A stretch of DNA of 45,876 nucleotides from the NCBI RefSeq assembly GCF_006345805.1, contig NW_021834678.1, forward strand, positions 1 through 45,876. Reading direction: 5' to 3'. Of this stretch, positions 36,077-45,876 are shown piece by piece (the first letter of the stretch is position 1; every line of letters begins with the position of its first letter). Source of the stretch: Octopus sinensis. Taxonomy: Eukaryota. The position numbers and the translations under genes were made by a program. The notes under the pieces were generated by a model. The model saw nothing but the letters and a program-made list of their open reading frames with translations, was not told where the DNA came from and searched no databases.

Positions 36077-38162
36077 TATATAGAGAAAATTCTTCTGAGT
36101 TACTCGAACGTCAACAGCGCTGATATTCATAATAAGCGTCCCTGTATCCCTCTACTTATTCGGTTGCTTGGGGTTTTGCCAACTGAATAATATGCTTCTT
36201 TGAGGAGAGCTAATAAGACAGAAACGTGTCCGTCGCTTCTAGTCGTTAGTTTTCAAGACCAGATCTATTCAAATTTCCATTGTTTATGTATCTTTACAAT
36301 AAAATCATCCAAAAATTTACACCAACAGACGTCATTAGTGTTATCTTCTTTCTTTGTGTGTATATTATATGCACTTAAAGAGGGAGGTTATGTTCACTAA
36401 TTGTTAGGATAATCTTAATTGATTTACGTTTATGAAGTCATATCTCCCTGTCTTGGCCTTCACAGAGAGAGTCTGTATAAAAAGACAGATTTTGAGTCGT
36501 ACAGAGAGAGAGAGAGAAGGGGGAGACAGAAAGATACTGTGACAAAGAGGGAATAAGATATACGGAGAGGAAGTGATAGAGTAGGTGAGAAAGTGAGTAA
36601 AAGAAAAAGAGAGGGAAGAGTAATTAAGTGTTATAAGAAGATGTTTGCGAGAGAAATAGAAGGATGGAAGAAGGAGACACTAAGAGAGAGGGCAATGAAA
36701 GACAGGGAGAAAGAAATAGAGCGACAAAGGCAGGGTGGAAGGTGAAAGGTTAGAAGCGCAGCCTGACTGTTTAACTGCTGGATCCTGTTTGTTTTCCATT
36801 GCGCGTATATCCGTGTGTATACGTACTTCTGTATGTATGCGTATATGAATGTGAGTATACGGTTATGTATATGTGTGTGTACCGTGTGTTTTTATTTGTA
36901 CATGTGTGTGTGTATGTGTGGATGCGTGCATGCGTGTATTTGTATGAGTTCGTGAGAATGTGTGTTTGTGTGCAGTTTCTTGTGCGTAATTGCGTGTCAC
37001 GCGTATCACGAGATATAAGTGTATGTGGGTGGGCTATTTGCTCTGTATGCAAGTGTGTGTATGTGTGTATGTGCTTGGGTGTGTGTGTATCTGTGTGTGT
37101 GAGAGCCGTTTGTATTTCGATGAGCGGGATGTGTGCATATTTCGATCTGTGTGTACGTATATACGCTTTTCAGTTACGTGTTCGTTGTGCGGATTTATTA
37201 GACTGCGAACGCATTTAAACATGATTGCGCGTTTGCTATGGGCATTTAGAAGTCCGTACGTGTGTGCCTTTTATCGTGTGTGCCTTTTACTTGAGTACAC
37301 ATACACTTCAAAATACACATGCACTCATATATACACACACACACACAAACAAACACATCTAAACATACTAACTCGCTGCGTGAAGATAAACGAGTGAGCA
37401 TGTATATCATATCACTATATGAATGTATGTATGTGTTTGTATGTGAGTGTGTGTGCGTGTGTATGAGGGGTTAAGGCATTCGGCTCAAATTCGTAAGATC
37501 GTGATTTCGACTTTTGATGGTGCGTTGAATCTTTTAGCAAGGTATTTTATTCCATGTTGCTCCAGTGAGCAGGCAAAAATCATGTGTGTGTGTGTGTGTG
37601 TACGTGTGTGTGTGTGTGTGTGTGTGGTGTGTGTGTGTGTAGTAAAGAGTATTTCCAACGCAATGCGGGACGATGTTACTACTTTAGCCCCAGGAAAATA
37701 TCTTTTCCAGCTGGCTACCGACACATGATCTGTGTCCGTATATTGTGGGCAAGGGAATCTGCTGCTCCCTTTCTAGCCCTAGCAATAAATGGTTTCTGGG
37801 TAATTTCCCTTCGTCGGTACTGGACAACCGCCGGCTAGAGATAGCCACCACTCACTCTTGCTCACACTGTATACTTTTATGTGTGTGTGTGTGTATAGAT
37901 AAATAGATATATAGCTAGATAGATAGACATGTATGCATACTTATATGTATATATGTGTGTATGTGTGTGTGTGTATGTAGTTGCGTGTAATTTTGTAGTA
38001 TACCGTTTAAAGCCCGTTCGCTGTATTCGGCTAACTGATGTCATCAACAGTATGACCGATTTAAATGCTACTGGATTTACTTCAGGAATTCCTTCGTCTC
38101 CGTGGAGTTTATAAAATTTGAGAGGAAAAAAGAGGAATGCATAGAGCTCTTTATTAACTTTG

Positions 38163-38486
38163 AACGTTTCGACCCATCGTGCACCGGTGTCTCACGAGTA
38201 AGATGCTCTACCAAAAGTTGTGGTGCATTATAAGTTGTGTGTCTATTTAAGTGACTTGTGAAAAAGTACCTCGTTTTTTTAATCTCCCTTTTCTCGTGTA
38301 TACGAGTAGCGAACAACAACAATTAAAATGTACTCCAATAGAAATAACCGAAACGAAGATTAAAAAACGAGGTACTCTTTGACCAGTCACCTGATCTGGC
38401 AAGACACATGTATACATACGATGCACCACAACTGTTTGTAGAGCATCTCACTCATAAGGCACCGATGCACAATGTATCGAAACGAT
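38163..38486. mobile_element. Old foldback/MITE-like element (~125 bp arms)
   Basis: gtttcgacccatcgtgcaccggtg...agatgctctac...gttgtggtgcat...aagtacctcgttttt pairs with aaaaacgaggtact...atgcaccacaac...gtagagcatct...caccgatgcacaatgtatcgaaac. Confidence 0.8.
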
Positions 38487-38650
38487 CGTAGTAAATAATA
38501 ATTGCTAGTCGCAGGTCCTACAGACAATTGCAATGCTAGACAAAATGACGGATTTCCCAGAACAAGAGTTATAAAAGTCTAATTTGTTTTGTGACGTGGG
38601 AAGAAAACCAGAACCAAAGTATTTTTTATACTTTGCCTTTCATTCCTTAC

Positions 38651-38803
38651 CACCATCCTGCTTTCCAAAGACAGTGGCATATCCTGCACTTTTCACAGCT
38701 TCAAGATTTCTCAGGGTTGCTGACGTATGCCATGCCTTGCCAAAGGGTGACACGTGATTTTGTCCAATACTGCTTACTGAGTATTCGCAGTTAAACTGTA
38801 TAT
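38651..38803 (-). other. Candidate 153-nt symmetric exon (DIQFNCEYSVSSIGQNHVSPFGKAWHTSATLRNLEAVKSAGYATVFGKQDG)
   Basis: Donor GTG|gtaagg and a 51-codon open frame. The acceptor (gcctgtag) lacks a pyrimidine tract. Confidence 0.2.
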
Positions 38804-38899
38804 CTACAGGCTATTCTCCTTTCCGCTAACCGGTGACTCGATGGAAGGGAGCTATCATTACCACATCATAAATGAAATTAATTTCAATTAAGACTAAAT

Positions 38900-39520
38900 T
38901 GAATTAAATTAAAGCTATATATGCAGAGAGACGATTAGAAAATGGAGTGATCATTTTCAAAATTTGCTTCGGAACACAAATTCAGTTTCTTATACAGATA
39001 TAACATCAATTATTGACCACTCATTTCATAACATATCTGGGATTTTACCATTGATGAATTCAAAGAAGGTCTTAAAAACATCAAAAACTGAAAGGCTGCT
39101 GCACTGGATAGCATTCCACCGGAAATCTGTTGAACAGGAGAATTCTAACGGCTCCAACCGAGAAATATTTTTACTCGTAAGTCACGCCAGATGCCCACAC
39201 CAAGTTTATAACTTCAGGAACCGACAAACTTTCTCACTCGACCAGGTATACACAGTTACCCCAGTTGCATACAAAGCAGAGGTCAACGAAGTTCTGCGCA
39301 ATAACGAAACTGAACACAAAATATATATTGTTCTATGTAAAAGTGACTTTTATGGAGAAAAAATGGTATACCGATAACCAGTCTTTACGGCATGCAAACA
39401 AGAAGTAAAATGCTAAGTTTGGAAGCAACATATAGGATATGAAGATCAAAATTGGAGCATCATTGATTACTTTAGACCGGAGATTAATGGGGCAAGGAGG
39501 CGCAGATTTCTATAGGTGAA
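38900..39520 (+). mobile_element. Highly decayed LINE (RTE-like) RT-proximal fragment
   Basis: DFTIDEFKEGLKNIKN*KAAALDSIPPEIC (F..EEL..A.K..K..KA.G.D.IP.E motif) and VTPVAYK..EVNEVLRNN. Confidence 0.65.
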
Positions 39521-40348
39521 AGAAGACTTCTAAATCCAAAAGGAACTTACCCAACCTACTAAACTTTCGATCGGAGATGTTTCACCAAATGCAAACACCA
39601 GGACAAGTTTCTACTATCAAACTAGTGAACGGCATTCTTTTCGGTTTACATATGGTTCTACAAATTTTAGTTATTCTAGGCGGATTAACGACACTAACCA
39701 TCACCAATTTCCCCCTCCAACAGACCAACATAACACTTACCTCACTTCCCTCTAATTCTTTTGTTGCTTGCTATCTCTCTCTCTCTCTCTATCTATCTCT
39801 CTTACGTAGGTGTATGTGAGTACATATGACATATAAAATATACACACATATATAATATACTTGCATATACACACGCCAACACACACACATAAATATATAC
39901 ACACACATATATAGATAAATAGATATACGTGTGTATATAGATAGATTATATTTTTACGCGCATGCAGACATTCATACATTCATAGACATACATCTAAATA
40001 AGCTGCATCAACTGAAATGATTTATTCATCAAACTCAATTAAATTACTTATTTATTAATTATGCAAAATGAAAACTTGTAGGGCTGATGTTTAATTTTAA
40101 GTCATAAGAACTGTAGAAACTATAAAAAAAGGAAATGAAAAAGAATTTTGAAACTATTGATATTTTATTTTTGTTTGTTGACACTTCCAAATATTAGAAA
40201 ATTTAAGTATATCAACAATTATCTCTGTAGCAATAAAAAATGTATAAACTTCAGTTAACGAAGTAGTGAGTTTTTAAATTCTTTGGTTATATTTTTCCAG
40301 TGATCATTAATTCACTGGCCATTTTTACACATAATTGAATACATACCC

Positions 40349-40653
40349 GTGAAGGCGCTGGGCTTACTGCTTTAGGGTATTTGACTCACGATCGTATGGT
40401 TGTGAGTTCGATTTCTGAACACTGTGCACTGTTTCCTTGAGCAAGACACTTTATTGCACGTTGCTCCATTTCACTCAGCTGACAAAAATGAGTAGTTCCT
40501 GTATTTCAAAACCCAGTCTTGTCACATTCTGAGAAGTACGTTAAGGGTACACGTGTTTGTGGAATGCTCAGCCACTTTCAGTTTCATTTCACGAGCAAGC
40601 TATTCTGTTGATCCGATCAGCTAGAACCCTTGTCGTCCTAACCGGCGGAGTGC
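40349..40653 (+). mobile_element. Chimeric SINE: family B head/CORE-like part plus family C type-2 tail
   Basis: gtgaaggcgc...ttgagcaagacactttattgcacgttgctcc...cactcagctg, followed by gttaagggtacacgtg...gtcgtcctaaccggcggagtgc. Confidence 0.75.
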
Positions 40654-40719
40654 GAGATACGTTTTATGTAGTCTCTCGCAGACACAAACTAAAACATACA
40701 CAAACACATATGCATGAAT

Positions 40720-41243
40720 GCACGCATATATATACATCCCTACACACCACCCTCGCATCCCTACACTCCAACACCGTTTCACCACACAAAACCACACACC
40801 ACCAAACCACATCTCATCACCACGTGCACACTAGTACTGACCACTTCCCAGCACCCACTCCATCATACATACACCAACACATTAGAGACACACACACATG
40901 CACACATCCAAAAGTCAAAGACACCAGCCCCTATCCACACGCACACACTTACACATTTTTACATACACACGCACGCTCACCTTCGTTTTGGGATCACCAA
41001 TATTTTATTATCTCCCCTTCTTCCCAGCTCTCCTATCTAACTACCTTTGTCGAACCAGCCGCCATGATTGACCGTTAACTTGAAAGGTATTTTATTCTCT
41101 CTCTATTTATTTCATCGTCTGGCTCTCTGTTGAAGAGCGTAAGCTCGAAACGTAACAAACTTTCTCACCTTCCCGATCGTTAAACTAATATGCTTCTTTG
41201 TTGTTTATGCACCTGTCTTTTGTTTTTCGGTAAATATCAACTG
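40720..41243 (+). mobile_element. Solo PLE 3' terminal repeat (same family as 32610-33140)
   Basis: Shares cacactagtactgaccacttcccagcaccc, caccttcgttttggga.cacc and tatgattgaccg, plus the motif ctgttgaagagcgtaagctcgaaacgta. Confidence 0.85.
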
Positions 41244-41651
41244 TATATATATATATATATATATATATATGCATGTGTATGTATGTATTTGTGTGTCTGA
41301 GTTTCCAATTCCTTCCTAAAGACAAGACGTGCTTTTATCTGTCTTTTTTCAAAGCTTGTTTTCTATCATTCAGAACTTCAATTCCTCTTGGCTTAACAGC
41401 CCTCACCGTTTCTTTTTACTGCTTTGTTCTCACTGTCCTGTTTTTGTTACCACTTTCACCTGCCGCAAGAAATCCCAAATTTTATTTGATTTGCTTTGCG
41501 GGAAGGACTGTTTTAATGAAGTCGCGTCTTGTCCTTATCTTCGAAACGCGGTGTAAATAAAACAGGGGACAACTGATGTAGGGAATGTTCTTTATGTTGC
41601 ATGTCACATTTCTCTGTTTGTTTTTTCGTTGTTCGAAAAAAAGTTTTTTTC

Positions 41652-41880
41652 TATGTTTTTGATATATATATACTTAATCAAAACATGAACAAAGAGAAAA
41701 CACAATAACGCGAGAACGTGGGATAAGTGTAATGTTATTGGACGCTCAGGAAAGGAAAGAAAGAAGGAGGATTTCACGTTTCGAGTGGAGCTCTTCATCT
41801 GAAATATAGAAAAAAAGGAAAAAGTCCAGAGAAGGGACGACGGAGAAGGAAAATCGCCAATGATACTCACGCTTGTCACA
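41652..41880 (-). mobile_element. Diverged PLE-type terminal repeat family E
   Basis: Colinear with 24536-24743. The motif reads AUUU-CAGAUGA-A-GAG(CUCCA)CUC-GAAAC-GUG-AAAU at 41805-41771. Confidence 0.75.
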
Positions 41881-41895
41881 TTAATATATATATAG

Positions 41896-41955
<60 letters not shown>

Positions 41956-41958
41956 TAT

Positions 41959-42133
41959 AGGCGTAGCTATATGGTAAGAAGTTAGCTTTGCAACCACATG
42001 GCATGGTCCCAAGTTCAGTCCCACTGCATGGCAACTAGGCATGAGTTTTCTACTATAGCCTCGGGCCGACCACAGCCTCTGAGTGGATTTGGTAGACGAA
42101 AACTGAAGGCCAGCCTATATATATATATATATA

Positions 42134-42175
<42 letters not shown>

Positions 42176-42378
42176 ATATATTTGTGTGTCTGCGTGTCTG
42201 TGATTTTACCCCTGCCATCGCTTGACAATGGATGCTTGTGTACCCAGTGGTTCAGCAAAATAGACAGAGAATAACTACCAGTTTTACAAAGAATAGGCCC
42301 TAGGATCGATTTCTTCAGTAACTCTTTAAGGCGGTGCTACATCATGGCTGAAACAAGTAAAACAACAAAAGAAAAGAA
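41959..42378 (+). mobile_element. Diverged SINE family A
   Basis: ctactatagcctcgggccgacc...gagtggatttggtagacgaaaactgaag. Confidence 0.8.
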
Positions 42379-42386
42379 TATCTATG

Positions 42387-42420
<34 letters not shown>

Positions 42421-42503
42421 TGTATGTATGTATGTATGTATGTATGTATGTATGTATGTATGTATGTATTGTAGGTATGTATATATCTATCTATGTATCT
42501 ATG

Positions 42504-42549
<46 letters not shown>

Positions 42550-42563
<14 letters not shown>

Positions 42564-42957
42564 ATAGCTTCTACCTAAATGGCAATTTCACTCTGACACA
42601 ATTTTGCTACCTACACTAGTGAACCAAGCTTGATGAAACTTACCATACATGTTAAACTAACATCCAGTTCAATAACAGGTTAACTGGATTTCAATAAAAA
42701 TCTATAACGGGCTTCCTAGTGGGGTTGGACTATTATTTGATATAATGAAAAGTGTGCAAGGGTGTTAGTGCGAGGGAAATGTGGTGGCATAGTGAATGTG
42801 GTGGCATAGTGAATGTGGTTGATATCAGGGAAGGGGAGAAGAGAGTTGTGTGACAAATATGGAGTGGCTGTGGGATGATAACGTTAATACAGCTGTCTTT
42901 GCGGGATATACACACGACGCTTCATACATACTTTTGCAAATACATAGATACATGCAT

Positions 42958-42994
<37 letters not shown>

Positions 42995-43431
42995 TGTTTA
43001 AAGTTTATTGAGGTTTAAAGTTTAATCAATTTTACCTAATCAGAAAACAGGATTAGGAAGCTGGCATCTTTTGCATTATAGCTATCACAAAATGAAAGCA
43101 AAATCATTACGAGGAGGAATTTTTATCAAACATTCGAAAGTAAAGCATTACAACGACCAAATTTGTAAGCTCTTTTGTAGTTTTAATATGTTTTACTGAA
43201 TAAAGTCATGTGAAACGGTCGAACAGACATGTAAATAATTTAAGAAGGTAAAAAATTTAAGAAGGTAAAAAATCCTCAACGATGATTTTTTCAAAAAAAC
43301 TGCACAAATCTGTCCTGATCAAATGGCCTCTATGTAGAGAAAGACATGGTCTAACATCGAATAAACAAAAGATTTATGCAAGACATATTCTATTGTAAAC
43401 ATTGCGCAGCAACGACGGGCTTCTCAGCTAG
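42550..43431 (+). mobile_element. Probable non-autonomous Helitron
   Basis: The 3' end gcgcagcaacgacgggcttctcagCTAG|t resembles the Helitron sub-terminal hairpin plus CTRR|T. The 5' boundary lies within (TCTA)n and is uncertain. Confidence 0.45.
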
Positions 43432-43436
43432 TGTGT

Positions 43437-43505
<69 letters not shown>

Positions 43506-44674
43506 AGTGTATGTCTGTGTGTGTATGTAATCATAGATTCAGGCTTAGACGCATACGTATATAAACTTCCGTACGTATATGATTTCAGAATACAAGACAC
43601 ATAAACTCTCAAACACAGACAAAGCATGTTTGTTAACTTCTTTTATGCATGTATTTGGTGTCAAAATTTCCGTCGACAAATTGTGACCTAGTCACTGACA
43701 TAATATCACTGTATATAGAAATATGGCTGCAACTCTAGGTTTCCTTTATCCTCTTTTTCTCCCTTCTCCTTTTCTTTCGTTTTCTCGTTCCAGTTTTTGC
43801 ATCGACATTTTTCTCGTTTCTTTTTTACATGTTTTCTCATTGACTAATATACTGTTTATGAAATAGAGCTAAACCAGTGTTTCGCACTTCAGGGATTGCT
43901 TGAAGACCGAAGGCAAGTTATATAAATCTGCCGAATTGTAGGGTTTCCAAGGCCTGAAACAATTAGTAGCTAATACTTACATACTGTGTATATTAAATGA
44001 TATTTATCTCTTACAAGCTGGAGTATGTTTTTCGTTGATCCGGAACGGAACACTAAGCTATCTATCAATCAATCTATCCATCTAAACATACACACACATG
44101 CACACACACTTACACACACATACATTTACTGACACACACACACATATATATATATATACATATATATACATTTACCCACTCACACACAGACATATCTATA
44201 TATATATACACACACACCGACATATATATATATATGTGTGTGTGTGTGTGTATGTGTGTGTATGTGTGTGTGTTTGTGTATATGTGTGTGTATGAATGTA
44301 TGTATGTAGGGATGCTGGTCGGTCGGTAGGTAGTTAGGTAGGTAGGTATATAGGTAAATAGGTTGATAGGTAACACAGTGTCGTATGTGAAAGCTCAATA
44401 AACAAGCAATCGCATTTATAATATTTCTCGCCTTGTAAACTTCAGAAACTATTATAAAAGCCACAAAATATAACGGTTACTTTTAGACAGAATTTCCCAC
44501 CATGACCTTCCAATCTATTGAGATAGATTTAGCATTTGTATTTGATACGAATCAACACATGCACATATCTCAATATGTATATATATATACATCCATCCAT
44601 ACACACACACACACACACGCACACACACACACACACACACACCACACCACACACACATATGTATGTATATATTT

Positions 44675-44782
44675 AAACATCAAATTCGAGGCAAAGACTT
44701 TATACATAACACCACGCCTCAAAACAAAAAGGTTTGGAGGCGTGGTGTTATGTATAAAGTTGTTGACTCGAATTTGATGTTT
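44675..44782. repeat. 108-nt hairpin: 46-bp inverted repeat with 3 mismatches
   Basis: aaacatcaaattcgaggcaaagactttatacataacaccacgcctc pairs with gaggcgtggtgttatgtataaagttgttgactcgaatttgatgttt. The inner 24 bp are perfect. Confidence 0.92.
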
Positions 44783-45254
44783 GTTCTCTGATCAATGTTT
44801 TTTTTAACTCTGTCTCAATTACATTTGAGCACTTCTTTTCTGCAGTCTTATAAACCCCTTTGTCTCCATAAAAAGAGACAAAATTATCTCTTGTCGTATT
44901 TATAGATATACATATGTGTGTGTGTGTGGGGGGGGGGGTGTATATAGACAGAATCACTGAAATCAAACGCAGTTTAAGTACAGTAATGTCCAGCTGTAGA
45001 CACAGCACACAGATAAACATCACTAGATGCATTAACGATTTGGCTTCTGTTATTTAAATATATTTTCACTGATATATACAATAATTCTTATGTCTAAATA
45101 TGTATTTGTTGGAATAAACACTAATCTCTTTATCTGCACGTTTGATAAATTTCTCCTACACACACCCACACGCACACATACACACATGTACATACAAAAA
45201 CACATAAGCACACAAAAACACGTTCACATGTACACACATGAATATGTATACATC

Positions 45255-45437
45255 GAGTGTACACATATATATGTGTATATATATATATTATATATATATA
45301 TAGATATATATATATATATATATATATATCTATATATGTATGTATATATATATATGCATACATGTGGATGCATGCATGTATATATGTATGTATTAATGCA
45401 GTATCTATCTATCTTTCAATTCTATCTATATATATAT

Positions 45438-45476
<39 letters not shown>

Positions 45477-45511
45477 ATATATATAATATATATCCATCCA
45501 TATATATACAA

Positions 45512-45567
<56 letters not shown>

Positions 45568-45876
45568 CATATACAAATATACGCATATTAAACATATATA
45601 TCTATATATTTTATTGCCTATATGAATTATATTTTATTGATGTAATATATGGTTTGATATGTATAGTATAGTATGCATGCAAATTGGGAGTTAAATCGAT
45701 GAAAGATAGATTGGTAGATATATGTATGTATGTATATATATATAAATATATAAACACATACACGCGCATACACACACATATATGTATATAAATATATATA
45801 TATATTAATGTATACATATGAATATATATATAAATATATACATATATATATACGTGTGTTTTTTATGTAAAACATG
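45255..45876. repeat. Degenerate (TA)n/(CA)n-rich tract
   Basis: Directly visible. Confidence 0.9.

Noticed and set aside
39551-39657. - strand segment with a gtaagt donor
   Set aside because: No frame is open across the segment, and it abuts the decayed LINE fragment.

Overview
AT-rich, microsatellite-saturated eukaryotic DNA that reads as intronic or intergenic sequence from a cephalopod, most likely Octopus. That assignment is inferred from the tRNA-derived SINE repertoire and the extreme (TA)n/(CA)n/(GATA)n/(TATG)n load, not from a database hit. I find no recognisable host protein domain, rRNA, true tRNA or CRISPR array, and nearly all ORFs in the track are translations of simple repeats. 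Supported content: (1) about 25 copies of 4-5 modular tRNA-type SINE families; (2) fragments of three Penelope-like elements (PLEs) with GIY-YIG endonuclease sequence, plus dispersed PLE terminal repeats; (3) fragments of RLE-type, L1/Tx1-like, RTE-like and CR1/L2-like LINEs; (4) five foldback or long-hairpin elements and a probable Helitron. Two chains of splice-site-bounded candidate exons (+ strand 0.7-7.5 kb; - strand 23.1-19.2 kb) have uncertain coding status. The most interesting signals are minimal hammerhead-ribozyme-like folds with non-canonical cores (CCGACGA, CAGAUGA, CUGUUGA) in the PLE terminal repeats, a Tx1-like LINE end embedded in (GATA)n, a composite ~900 bp palindrome next to a 42-nt candidate exon, and a 108-nt pre-miRNA-like hairpin. 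All identities were estimated by eye, and repeat boundaries are approximate (roughly +/-10 nt).
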